Source: Vermamoeba vermiformis (Eukaryota). From it: DNA of 64,000 nt. Below, in pieces: positions 51,649 through 64,000 of this stretch; positions within the stretch are counted from its first letter, which is position 1, and the number at the start of each line of letters is the position of its first letter. Location of the stretch: the NCBI GenBank assembly GCA_045837725.1, contig JBEWZL010000202.1, forward strand, positions 372,001 to 436,000, written 5' to 3'. A program made the position numbers and the translations under genes. A model generated the notes under the pieces. The model worked only from the letters and a program-made list of their open reading frames with translations. It was not told where the DNA came from and did not search any database.

Positions 51649-51910
51649 CGAAGGAACACTTAAGGTAAGCAACGGCGCATCACATTACTTCATTCAAGGT
51701 CAGTTTTCGACTTGCCATAAAAGGCGACGGAAGGCGACGGAGGGCGGAGCGGAACCTTGAAAATTCGGACAATTCACCTTTATTGCCTCCCTCCTGTTAC
51801 AATTTTCATGTTTTCTCGAAGTCTGACCTTGCTTTTTATTTTTTGAGCCTTTGGGATAACACATGCGAACAAACAATATTTTGTAATTACAAAATTTATT
51901 TATTTTTCAG

Positions 51911-54226
51911 ATGGACGAGCAGACCATGTCATTCCAACTCAACTTCCCGCCAATGACTCCGAACAGTGATTTGCAGATGTCAGCAGGACAAGAAAATTCT
52001 TTGACTGATGGACAAAAAGTTCGAACGCGCGGTGGAGTTCCCTTGGTCTCAAACGCATGCGACTTTTGCAAGAAGAGAAAAATTAAATGTGATGGTGGAG
52101 TGCCTTGCTTTCAGTGCTTGAAACGCAATTTGCATTGCGAATATCACGTAAAGCCAGTTAAGCGAACAACTAAATTGGATGCAGCTGTGATCCAACTTGA
52201 AAATGAAAACTTCACCCCAAATCAACCACAAAATTCAATTAAATCGCCACAATCAACTATGCCTACTAGCGAGTCTAGCCAGCTTATTCAATCACCTTCA
52301 GCACCGAACAAAGTCGAAGAACTCAAGATTGAACTCGAAGTTCAAAAACGATTGGTTGAATATTGGAGACAACAATTCGTCAATGCTAGCAATGGATTAA
52401 TTTCATCTGACGGTATTACCGCTCGAAAACCTAAATTCAGCACTCAATCCGAATTGTTTTTGTCAAATCCCTCGGCAGCGTCAAGAGAAGCTATCAATGC
52501 CTTTCTTTCAACTGCTCAACCGCTCTTCCCTCACTACAAGTTCCACTACAATTTTGACATATCTCTAATGTTCTGGAATCGATTATTGGACGCGACACCA
52601 GAAGACTTTGTGGCCTCGATCCGCGATGATTCGACAGAGACTATTGCGCAATTATTTGAACACGTGACTTTATTTGCACACGGTAAGTATCGTTTCGTAC
52701 TCAAATTTTGACGAAGTGAGCGGTAAAGATACAAAATTTACGAAAAATTGAAAGCCGATCCCAATTAGCTGACATCAGCTAATTACAACTCAACGACTTA
52801 ATTAGCCTACAAAACATATAGAGCATCTTCTAACAATTTTCTGACCTAAAGGTGTTCGTTTGTTGGACTACTCGGATGTCGCTTCGCACTTCCAACTCAT
52901 CGCTCAATCACTCGTCACAACACTGCTCTACGACCGTGACATTCACAACAGTCCTCACCTCGCCAATCAGATTGCATTGGCTATGATCTACTTGTGCTTG
53001 TATTACAAGACATGCGGTAAATTCGCTGCACACCGATCCCTGATCAGCACCATCTCGCACTTCGTTGACGCCATGGAGAAACATATTGACGATGAGACTA
53101 GCTCTAGGTATGTATTAGACACAAGTTCACATTTAAATACGCTTATTGTGACAAGCAAGTTCACGGAAGATCTGTCGGTTAATGAGAATTGATTGACTAA
53201 CGACACTTTATTACATTAGAATTTGCACTATCATGATCATGACTTCCACGGATAGAATGCGACGAGATTATTGGATGCAAAAACTACGCAAACAAATTGC
53301 TGCAAGAGTAAGTCAAACTGTGGATCCATCGCGCGGTCATATTCGATTCTAACAATAGTGTTTTAGGGTCAAATGTCGATGTCTGTTCGCTTCTTTATGA
53401 ACATCGCCAATGTGTTCAGTTCATTCTCGTTGTCTGACTTCGAGTACACTGACGAAGCACTAGCGTAAGTTGTTCACTACTATGCACATTACTTAATAAT
53501 ATCAACGTGCGCTTGATATTTGTGGGTGCAAATGGTTGTACCTGAATTCACGTGCAGAAATTTCTTGTTGTAATAATTATCCGGCGGTATTTCTCGTAGC
53601 ATTGCTAACACCAATTTTTTATTATTAGTGATCTTGATCGACAACTAGACGATGCTGAAACAGTGTTAGAACGATGGCGCGGCACAGATCTGTACAAGTT
53701 CTACGGTGTCTGGGTCTACGGCATGAAAGCAGCCGTCGCATCGAACAAACCTCAGCCTGACAGTGGTGGTGTTGCACGTCACGCTCAAATCGTTGCACAG
53801 TTCTTTGCGCAGTTGCCTAATTCAGCCATTCGCTTGTGGCTGTCACGTGACTTGGAGTACTTCCACTACAGCATATCGCAGGCCACGAGCGGTCCTACGC
53901 GTGACCGTCATTGTCTCGTGATTGGCATGGTCCGCGAGATCGAGCGACACTTGCGCGGACAGATGTCACTGCCCATGACAATCAGCGAGCCTAATCAAAT
54001 GCAGCAATCTCAACTCAGTCCGCCTATCATGCAGCTGCCGTCACCTTCGAGCGAATACAACACGAACAGTCCTGAATCCATCCACTCACCGACAATGGGT
54101 TTGATGACTCAGCCGCAAATAGAAGAGATTGATCAAAACGTCGATGTGAATAGCATGAATGCAAATATGTTCTTTATGCAAGAAGGCAGTGGACTTGATG
54201 AGTTCGATGATAGATACACCTTGTAA
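51911..54226 (+). CDS. Zn(II)2Cys6 (GAL4-type) transcription factor
   Basis: ACDFCKKRKIKCDGGVPCFQCLKRNLHCEY six-cysteine cluster, then a coiled coil and an acidic C-terminus. Confidence 0.9.
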
Positions 54227-55074
54227 ATACAAACCAGATGCGATTGACTTTTGAATGTAAATAGTGTAAAATAAAATAACGAAATGACTAGAACTATTCT
54301 GCTTAAGCTCCTTGCAATGTCAGCGGATCTGGTTCGCACAAGTCGGAGCGCGCCATTTTTTTGTATTACAGTTGTCAATCAAACATGCTAGCAACAAGTA
54401 ATACAATAACCTAATTATAGTTTAAGATAATTTTGTAGCTAAGATTGAAACAACAGCTCCCTTAAATTGCAGTAGAATGGACAACGCTGTAGATTTAAGA
54501 AGGGTTGTTTTCCGATAACCAGGCCAGATCTCGGTAGGAAATGATCTATGGTGCAAAGTATTATTTCTGAAAAATATAATAAAAATACTGGCGAGATATT
54601 TTCCGTGTTTGCTCTGAGTTCTGCAGATTTAAATCAATCTTGCTTTGTCGAGAAACAATCTTCCGACTTTAAGAGAAACTAATACCTACCCCTTAGGGCT
54701 CAAACATTGCCGAGTTTTGTAAAATTTCGTGATCCCACGTCGGTAAAGCAAGATGCGGATTAGTTGATTGAAAACGAAGCTTGAGCTCAGAGCAAGTTGG
54801 TAAGAATACCATGTTGCGCATTAATTTACATGATTAACTAACGTACGTTGTCCATCAGTCACATGGCGGAGCTGTTAATCAACTTTTGGGTTAATTTCGA
54901 GCTGCGTTTTGTGTCATTTTCAAATTATAAACTAGCTTGAAAGCACCACACGCTCTTCGCCTATTCTAACCCTTTAACCTATTCAAGTCTGCTTGATTCC
55001 TTTACCGGTTGATAGTAGATTTGAATTTGAAGAAAGGAAGTTACTTGAATATTAAACTCGACATCCGATCTGAA

Positions 55075-57523
55075 ATGGAAGCAATTAAAACCGACAAACG
55101 CATCAAAGCGTTCTTTAAATCCATCTTCAAGAAGAAGCGATACGATCCTTCTGAATGCTTCCCTTTTGAAGAGCTTCCTCCCGAGTTAATGTTCAATGTA
55201 TGTCGCGTTTATTGATTTTTCGAGATCTGACAGACAATCGTCTTATAATACCTTCAAGCATCGTTTATTGACGTAATATTATAGGTGTTCATTTTCCTTC
55301 GTAGCAAGGACCTCAAGAATGCCAGATTGGTCTCCCGAAAGTAAGTTTTAATAAACGCATTCGGATCGTTATTAATTTGTCCGCCTCCAACTCGTCTAAT
55401 AAATTAACTATAGCTGGAACTATATGGCAAATGACGAAGGTGTGTGGGCGTATCTATATACGAATCATTTCGGGCCGGTTAAACCGATTGACAAACCCTG
55501 GAAGAAAACCTACCTCGAGATGCGCAAGGAAATGAAAGCTCTTGAGTCTCCATTCGCTAGATTAATATGGGGTATAAGGTAATTTATTAATTTCAAATAT
55601 TACAGTAAGATTTATTATGACTGAAACCGATAAATAATTTGCGTGCTCGATTTCAATGCGGAAATTTCGAAACGTAGTCAAATCTAATCCGCTTAGCTAT
55701 TAGTTATAGACCCTATTATATCTCTAGTCTTAAAAACACAGATTTTAAATCTAATTTGGCGCAAAGAATGAAATACTAATACGGTTTATTGAAATAACCA
55801 GAAAACACCACGATGCTCTTGTAATGGACTTGGTCTCATCTGGCAAGTGCCCTGTCGAGCCTACTAATGCTACTGAGAAGTTGATCCCTCTCTATATCGC
55901 TGCTCAAGTCGGATCCAAGTAATTATTAATATTTTGAACTTTCATACTGTCAGATCCGATTAACCAATTATTGTTCTATAGGACTATTACGCGATTCCTT
56001 ATGCAAAGAGGTGCTCAAGTCAACACCCAAAGCAGTGATGGTAAGCTATTAGCCACAGCTACAATTTATAAATGGAGATTTAACCGCCGAGATCCACCCG
56101 AACAAAAATCCAAATCGGTTCAAATAATAATCCAAATATTATTCCAGGTTCCACTCCACTCTATATCGCCGCTCAAGAAGGCCATAGCGAGGTTGTCGAC
56201 CTCTTGTTGAGCAGATCTGCCGACATTGAGTGCGTCTTCCGCGACGGTTACACCCCCTTGTACATTGCTGCTCAAAACGGTCGTGTTGAGGTCGTAAAGA
56301 CTCTCTTGGCTAAGGGTGCGAACAGAGAAGCTTCTTGTAAGTGTTTCACACTTGTCGGTTAAGGTTTTGCAGCGGATCTAATTCGAATTCAAATTTAGGC
56401 TCGCACGGATCTACCCCGCTCTACATTGCTTGCCAACAAGGTCAATTGGACGTCGTCAAGGTCCTCTTGGAAGCTCGTTGCAACATTGAAGCAGTGTTCA
56501 AGACCGGTTTCACTCCTCTTTACGTTGCAGCCAGGTAAATCCAACTTTTATTAAATTTCCTTTTTAGGCATACTTATATTTTCCGATCAGAAACGGCCAT
56601 GTTGCTGTCGTTCGTGCCTTACTCGAACGTGGAGCTAACATTGAGGCGAAAGAAGGTGATGGATCTACTCCCCTTTACGTCGCTGCTCAAAATGGTCACG
56701 TGGAGGTCGTCAAATTGTTGCTCAAGAAGAGAGCTAACCCTGAAACCAGCTTCTTGGTACGTTAAATATATTATAACGTAGTATATGATGTACTTATATA
56801 TTCGTATAGGAGGGTTACTGTTCGCTTTATGTGGCCGCTCAAAATGGCCACGCAGATGTGGTTCGATTGCTTTGCAAGAAGGGTGCTGTTATTAACAAAG
56901 TGAGTGCTAATGGCTCTACCCCACTCTATGTGGCTGCCCAAAACGGTCACGTCAACGCAGTGGAGGCTCTGCTCGAGTTCAATGCAGACATGAACCTTGC
57001 GTACGGTGCTGGTACGATCCGCTCTCATAATCAATCTAAAGTGGCTTATACTAACGTTACATAACATAGGATACAGACCTTTGTATATTGCCGCTCAAAA
57101 AGGTCACTTCGAGATCGTCAAGCTCTTGGTTGAAAAGAACGCAGATGTGAACGCTCCAACATTGAAAGGTGCGACCCCTCTCTATGTGGCTGCTCAAAAG
57201 GGTCATATGAAGATCGTCGAGTACTTGTTGGACAATGCCGCGGACATTAACGCTCGGTTCCAGAACGGTTACACTCCGGTACGTGCATCCAGATTCGTCT
57301 TCGGATGAATTTGATTCTTTAGATTATAGATCAAGTTACTAACGTGCTATTATAGCTCCATATTGCTGCCAAGGAAGGCCAAACAGATATTGTCTCATAT
57401 CTGATCCGCAAGGGTGCAGATGCAACAGCGTTGTGCCACGGCAACAAAACAGCACTGCATGTCGCTAAGGACTGCGGTCACGATCACATTGTGCGCTTCT
57501 TCAACACTTGCTTGTTGAAGTAA
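55075..57523 (+). CDS. F-box + ankyrin repeat protein
   Basis: F-box FEELPPELMFN|VFIFLRSKDLKNARLVSRNW, then about 11-12 ankyrin repeats (G.TPLY.AAQ.GH..VV..LL). Ends ...FFNTCLLK*. Confidence 0.9.
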
Positions 57524-57728
57524 TAGACCTTTTAAGTGAGGCTCTATAAGCGTATGCTATGTGTATTGTTAAACCCTTTATTTACTTTGTTAATATTACC
57601 CTGTTTAATCTTTTGCGAATAAATTTGTTTTAATTATATTTATTTGAGCTCCTATTACATTGGAAAGCTCGGAAGTCTGTCTCGGCTGGTTCGTTAGATC
57701 TCAACTCGATGAGATCTGTTGAAAGCGT

Positions 57729-58169
57729 TTAAGGTCGAATAGGAGTGAATTGAGCAGTAGCAATAGCTTCGTCGCGAGTACCACCAACACGCAAGCCATT
57801 TTGATCCATCTTAATGTACTTCTGCCACTGAGTGCGGATGATAACGTTGGATCCGACGGCCTCGAAATAGAAAGCCTCTTGGTCTTCTCCGCCAGTCTCG
57901 TTGTTCTCGACAATAGTTGTCAAATTGCCACCAACTTCGCGCCAACAAGCGCCAGGAGGTGCTGGACCACCACCAATGTAGATGTTATAGGCGTTGCCAG
58001 GGTTCTTTGCATTCCCACCAAGGTTAGGGCGAGTGACTCGTGCAGCGAAGAATACAGCGGGAGATTTCGTCATAGACCACGCGTGACCGAGGTAATAAGT
58101 GCCGTCTCGCAACTGGATGGGACCGACGTACTCGCCTCGTTGAAGTTGACCAGCATCGATGTTAGACAT
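57729..58169 (-). CDS. Intronless 146-aa protein; C-terminal part resembles a fascin/beta-trefoil-like repeat
   Basis: ATG with A-rich context and AC-rich 5' flank. EAFYFEAVGSNVIIRTQWQKYIKMDQNGLRV resembles an actin-crosslinking or beta-trefoil repeat. Confidence 0.6.
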   Translation of the reverse strand: MSNIDAGQLQRGEYVGPIQLRDGTYYLGHAWSMTKSPAVFFAARVTRPNLGGNAKNPGNAYNIYIGGGPAPPGACWREVGGNLTTIVENNETGGEDQEAFYFEAVGSNVIIRTQWQKYIKMDQNGLRVGGTRDEAIATAQFTPIRP

Positions 58170-58679
58170 TTTATGGCTGGTATTAAGTGTTAAGTGTTGT
58201 TTGTGTTGTTCTTGGGTTTGAGTGAATGGAACTGAGCGATCTGAAAACGCTTAAATAGTTTTTCAGCCACGTGATTCTGAATTCTTCGGTCCGCAAACAG
58301 AATTCTTGAGAGCCAGATTGCTTAAATTTCTAATGAATCCCATGCTACGAGTTAGAATTAGCATTTTCTGCGGATCAAAAATACAAATCCGCGGAATCAT
58401 CAGCTGAGTAATAAGATCGGATTAGATGTTAAGAAGATCAACTATTGTACAATAAAATACAAGTTTATGGTCCAAAAAGAACATCTACAAGTAAGTTGCA
58501 GTACCTCTACAAAGCGGATGAAAGCTAAAAACTCTAACACAAGCTAAACAAACCAAAATTTCCGCCTAATATGTTGAATATATGTCAGTACCTCGCTAGG
58601 AGATAATAATAACACAGCACAACTTACGAAAACAAAATGGGACTGAAAACTTGAAGATGCGCTAAAACTTCAACCAGGC

Positions 58680-60308
58680 TTATGACTGTTGCTTAATCTC
58701 GGCCTTGAACATCTTTGTAGGTCGCTCTTCAATATCGTCGAGCGATGAAGAAGAAGGAGGGCTATCGTGGTCCATCATCGGCGAATCTCCTCCGTTGAGA
58801 CTGCCAGAAGACGATCGTCCACTGATTAATTCGCCATTACGTCGCTTATTTCTAATTCGTTTGTTGCCGAACCAGTTGTTGATCTGATTAATAGAGAGCA
58901 CGCATTTAGCAGCCAGCATCTGCTTCTCTTCTTCCGTTGGATACGGATCGTTAATGTGGGCGTAGAACCAATTAGTCAAAATTTCTGTGGCTTGCTTTGA
59001 GAGTTGTCTTCTCTTTTTCTTAGGCTGGTTATATTGCTTTTGCAAGTTGATGATGGCTATAAATTACAAGTAAGTTAGCGCGTGATCCAAAAAATCAAAC
59101 AGCCAAAAATACCGACACCGATTCAATATCGTTCACAAAAAGATATTGTGCGTCTAGGCAATTAGATACGCCGCACCAAGATATTAGAATTGAGTTCGAA
59201 TTGAAACGATAAACGGATTTGTCGTGGAGATCGGGTACTCCCCGGATCTTGCGCACAGAATCTATTGCTTACCATTGCAGACATTATGTTTGAGTTGAGT
59301 TCTCACACTATCGAATTTCTGAGCCAAAGCGCCGAGCTAAACGAATATAAGCGTTAGTTTCAGTTATTTCGCTTTGATCAGGGATGATTAAATAAATGGT
59401 GAACAATTGTAAAACTGAATCATAAATTTGATAGAATGACTTAGGGTACGATGACTAAGTATAGTTTGGCATTCTTGACGCGCTTTTTTTGACACTCGAT
59501 CGAGTGACATCCGAATAAAAAACGTCAAAAATTTAGGAATAAAACTGTCCGTATTTGCCACTATTTTAATGTCGCTTACCTTGAGATGAATTTCATGATC
59601 AGTAACAGGTCTAAAACTAGCTTGGTCTCTCAAAATGACTAACATCCGTTGCATAAACTCATGTGAGACACGACTAAGCTTCTCCAATTCGTCTCGATAT
59701 CGTTGTCTGATTTGTTCGAACTTCAATATGAATTCCTCGGTCTTAGAGTCCTTTGGATTTTGGTTCTCCAGCTCGTGGGTGGATATACCTTGGCTGTCCA
59801 GAAAATCATCCAAAGTGTAATCAACAGGTTCAGGAGTATAGTATTGCGCTGAAGGATTTAATTGTCCAACTAGTCCTTCTTTCTTGCACTCTTGCAGCAT
59901 TGAGACTACAACGGGTAGAAGGCGGTGAGATCGAACAAAATTCTTCTTGGCTGTAATATCCTCATCAAATGGTTGTGGTGCTCTCGGAATATGTTCTTGT
60001 TGTTGTTCAGGAACTGGCGATAATTAAATACATTAATAAAGGTCCAAACAAAGAAGGATTGATCGAACTAATTTAGAAAAATAGCAGAAAAATTGATTAC
60101 CTGCCCAGAATGCAGTTTGAGGAATAGGCATTTGAGGTCCTAAGTGAAGAGGTGGTACGACACCAATAGGCGGTGGCAAATTAGGGTTGAGAGTAGGCAA
60201 CGTTGACGTGGGATGTTGCTTCATGGGTGGCGGAGTGGATGCAGTAGTATTATTGTTGTTGCCTGAACGATCAGCTACAACGTAGCCAGCTCTGTTAGGA
60301 AGTGTCAT
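58680..60308 (-). CDS. PBX: PBX-class TALE homeodomain transcription factor with a PBC domain
   Basis: Homeodomain KKKRRQLSKQATEILTNWFYAHINDPYPTEEEK...INNWFGNKRIR (PYP loop, WFGN). PBC-A AKKNFVRSHRLLP..MLQECKKE and PBC-B KFEQIRQRYRDELEK..LRDQASFRPV..QLKHNVCNAI. Confidence 0.9.
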
Positions 60309-60498
60309 TGTTGTGATTGATACGCCGTTCCTTTGCTTTTGCCTGTCAAGTCGCTGGGAAATAAATGTCTGAATTTTTTTGACACATTTTTTTTTGTGTT
60401 TTGAAAAAAAAAATGAAAAAATAATACACGCGCAAAAAAATTAGCGGATTGGGTTAGTAGTGATATCTGAGGTCTAGAGTGATTACCTAACGGTAAGT

Positions 60499-61982
60499 TT
60501 ATTGCGGTAGTTGACCTTTGAGTGCCGACAACGGATTCGGTTGCGATCCTTCTTCAGGTTTGGATGCTGCTGCTTGTTTATTCATCGCCTTGGTAATCTG
60601 TGCACGATCGAGTGGTAAATTAGGTATGCCGAACCATCGTCTAACAGTCCTATTCTGCGTTAAGAAGTAATTCTGCAGCATCGCGAAGAAAGTTGACGGA
60701 ATCCAACAGAAGAACATCGCCTGAGAGGTACAATGAGCCATATAATCCATATATATATGTTCGATACTTACTGCGGGCACGTTCCATGAGAATACTATGG
60801 CTAGGAGACATACAGCGCGAGTGAACCAAGAGACAAATTGCAAAATTTTGCCAGGTGCCGCGTTGCGGATCGCTAGCTGAAAACGACAAGTTATTAATTA
60901 CTACGTATAACAATACTATGTAGATACTTACTTCGAATGATATTAATAATAAGCCTGACCAAACGAAAGGAAGGACGTGTAACGGATCTGCTTGAGATAA
61001 GCTGTCCAGCCACAGCACCGATTCGCTTGACAACGACGGAAATACTTTGACCATGTCACGAATAGCCATGAAATATACACCGAAGAGCGGAATATTGAAC
61101 AGCAACGAAACAAAATTTCTTGCTGGATGTACTCCTTGCGACTAAACAGACCACTTAAAAACGATTGATAATACTAATTATATTAATAATGTACTTACAG
61201 CCCAGAGCATCTTCAACGAGCGCAAGTACATGTCGCGGCCAATGTAATTCTTTTGTCGCCACGCAGTCACAATGTTGCGCACTAACCGCGACATTCTCGG
61301 CTGAATGCAGCTCATCAGCGCTGCGTGTCTAATTTGCGGCACTACGACATATAGCGCGGCTGTGCGTAGTGTCACCGTCACAGCTGCAAATGAGGCCCAC
61401 CAAGGCAAGCCAAAATCAATGTGGATGATCTGAAAAATATTCTCGAAGAGCGAGACTGGGCCACTAATAGGCACTAATATGTCGGCATCTGATAGCAGTT
61501 CTTGGGGTATATTAATGTTATTTGCATCGACTTGAGTGCGATCTGCTGGCATTGGAGGCACCATCAGTGGCGGCAGATCTGTAACTTCAATTCCACCACT
61601 TGGAGCCTTTGTGGCATAAGATCGATGCTTATAAGGCCTATATATATTGTTGTTGGATATTATTGAGGTGTTTGAGTCCTTGTTGAGAGTTGTGCTGAAC
61701 AGTGCTGCTCGACAATTTGGATCTGCTTTTCTATTGATATTTCGGCCTTGATATTTTATAAAACTGCATAAATGCAAGCCACATTAGCTCGTGATATTTA
61801 CTTGTAATTTAGATATTTTCAGATATTTAGAAAATTAATTTTTGTTAATTCGGATGTCAACTGAGCCTCTCAATAATAAGCAGGATTACTAACCTCGTTA
61901 TATTTCTTTGTACGGTATTTTTTGTCGCATATTGTGCGAGCTTTCGTAATAACTGGCTTTGTCTAGATCCACAACCGAACAT
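60499..61982 (-). CDS. Oxa1/Cox18 (YidC family) mitochondrial inner-membrane insertase
   Basis: Presequence from ATG 61982; IHIDFGLPWWASFAAVTVTLR, NIPLF..YFMAIRDM, LWLDSLSQADPLHVLP, FFCWIPSTFF..LQ. Confidence 0.85.
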
Positions 61983-62400
61983 TTCACTGAATTGGTCAGA
62001 TCTGCTTGCTGCTCCGTTCTTCTGTAATTAAATCTTCAAAAATAATGCAAATTAGATATGTGCCCACTAACAATCACGTTGGGTCACGTGTGCTCGCTGC
62101 AGTGTTTGGATAAAAAATAATTGCTGTAATTGAATCAGGTTAAAACCCAACACTGAACAACGACCTGGCTTAGTCTATCAAATTAAAACTATTAGCCAAT
62201 ATATAAAGGTAATGCCGCTAGTGCTACATTGGGATTTGGTCGATTTTTTTTTGGTCTTCGAAGTTACAGTAATTCAATTTAATAATTATCGTTACTCTCA
62301 TTTACGCGATTGTGAATAAATAACAAATAATAATATGTGCAGAACCGAAATTGAAAATTAATTATTTACTTTCATTTCAGAGTTAGAAGCTACAGCCGCC

Positions 62401-62520
62401 ATGTATCGTAAGAAGCCGTATTCAATATTCTTTTATTAATAATCTAACGAACTATGATAGAAAAACAATTCAACCCTCATGCCGTGGTGGACGCTCAAAA
62501 TGGTATCCCACCGGAAGACA
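62401..62520 (+). CDS. 5' fragment of an unidentified gene (MY|QKQFNPHAVVDAQNGIPPED...), running into low-quality sequence
   Basis: GCCGCCATG context, GTAAG donor at ~62408, TAG acceptor at ~62460 giving an in-frame continuation. Confidence 0.4.
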
Positions 62521-63721
62521 CCGAACGCAAAGCCAGGGAGGAGGGGGCCAAGGCGGAGAGAGGAGGCACAACACGGGGCCCGAGCGGCGCGGGGGGCGGA
62601 GGGGAGAGGGGGAGGGGCGCCCACCCCCCTACAAACGCCGCCTCCACCAGCCCCCCCCTCCCCCCCCCAACCCGGGCAAACCCACGCGCCCGCGCGCCCC
62701 CCCCAAGACCCGCGACGCGCCCCCCCCCCCCCCCCCCAACCCAACCCCCCGCAACACCACAGAGAGACCCACCACAGAACACATAAAAAAGCAAAAGCCA
62801 CCCAGACACCCCACCCGGCCCCCCCAAAAAGAGCAAAAGGCAAGAGCCCAGAGCACCACCAACCCCCCACCAGAAGGAAAAAGAAAAAAAGCGAAAAGAG
62901 CAGCACACGAAAAGCAAGCCAGAAAGCGAAGACCCCCAAAAAAGCGAGGACCCCAAGCGCAAGAAAGAAAAGAACCACCAACAGAAGACCAAAAAAAGGA
63001 ACCAAAAACAGGCAAGGCAAGCCAGGGGCGGGGGGGGACCGGCACAGCAAATCCACGAAAAAAGGAACACCCACTAACAGAGTAGTTATAACCCAGACCT
63101 CCGGCTCCACTTGTTCCAAACCATCTGGACAGTACCCACGATCTTGCTAGAGAAACTCCCCCCCTCCCCCCCGAAGAAAAACAACAACCGGACCACTTAG
63201 CATAGATAAAAAATAAAAAAGAAAACCCCCCCACCCCCCAACCAAACGCAGTTACACCCAGATCACCGGCAAGACTCAAGAAACGCCAGAAAAAGACACT
63301 ACAAGAAAAGAGCTGGGCCAGCCCAGACCGCGGTCAGGCGACAAGCGGCCCCCAGAGAGCCCCTCAAGACCCCCCCAACCCACAAGAAGCGCTGCAGAGC
63401 CCCGCAAGACCCAACAAAAACAAGCTCCACCGCACCCCCCACGCAGAACACTGTTGGAGAAGACCCCGAACTCACTACACAAAGAACCTAAGAAAAACCA
63501 GAAGCACAACAACCGAAGAAACAACAGCCCCCAGCTCTCCAAAAGCACCACACTCAAAAAACAGAACCACCTAGAGCACCCCCCCCAGACCCCCCCAAAG
63601 AACCCGACCTATCTCAAACAAAGAAAAACAAAGAGAAGACTCACCCCCCCCAACCCCCCCCCCCTCCCCAACTACCACAACCACCAAGAACCCCAAAACC
63701 CCCCCCCCCCCCCACCCCCCG

Positions 63722-63755
<34 letters not shown>

Positions 63756-64000
63756 AACCCCCCACACCCCCCCCCCCCAACAAACCAAGCCCCCACCCTA
63801 GCTCCTCAACGACCACCCCACCTCCAGCCCCCCTCACCCCCGCGCGGCGACCCCCATCTGAGACCCCCCCAAGGCCCCCAACCCATACCTCCCCCAACAC
63901 CCCACCGCCCCACAAGACGACAACAAAAACCGCCCCCCCAAGACCCCTGCTCCCCAAAAGCGCTCAAAACCCAAAAACAACCCCAAACCATGCGACGACA
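62520..64000. other. T-depleted, C/A-homopolymer-rich low-complexity sequence; probable base-calling or assembly artefact
   Basis: Abrupt switch from AT-rich genic sequence to almost no T on the + strand, with irregular poly-C and poly-A runs and no periodic unit. Confidence 0.8.

Noticed and set aside
51646-51911. FANCC-Zn2Cys6 fusion by stop-codon read-through
   Set aside because: A second in-frame stop (TAA) follows before the splice donor.
57750-58193. 147-aa plus-strand ORF
   Set aside because: No ATG start and fully antisense to 57729-58169, which has the better start context.
62436-63991. Several long Pro/Gly/Lys-rich ORFs on both strands
   Set aside because: By-products of T-depleted low-complexity sequence; no domain content.

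Overview
Gene-dense, AT-rich eukaryotic DNA with many short GT-AG introns (GTAAG/GTACG donors, mostly ~50-100 nt) in the standard genetic code. The gene content (PBX with a PBC domain, a Zn2Cys6 factor, H1-like protein without a globular domain) suggests a free-living protist, probably an amoebozoan (inference). I can reconstruct about 30 protein genes by eye, plus two tRNA genes nested in a PIP5K intron. Exon boundaries are manual and approximate. Main finding: a lactococcin-972-family (bacteriocin-like) gene, apparently with its own spliceosomal intron, lies inside a tandem array of three F-box/SPRY paralogues, next to an F-box/SMI1-KNR4-like gene (possible defence island). Other highlights: a FANCC-like gene; a head-to-head SEN54/RNase Z pair close to intronic tRNAs; a Tousled-like kinase with a Myb/SANT domain; an EF-hand + GATase-like + WWE protein; two apparent pseudoenzymes (a pepsin-like protein and a TBC GAP); and a tandem pair of orphan 104-aa ORFs with a variable patch. 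The last ~1.5 kb is T-depleted and probably a sequencing or assembly artefact. All family assignments come from motif recognition; no database searches were run.
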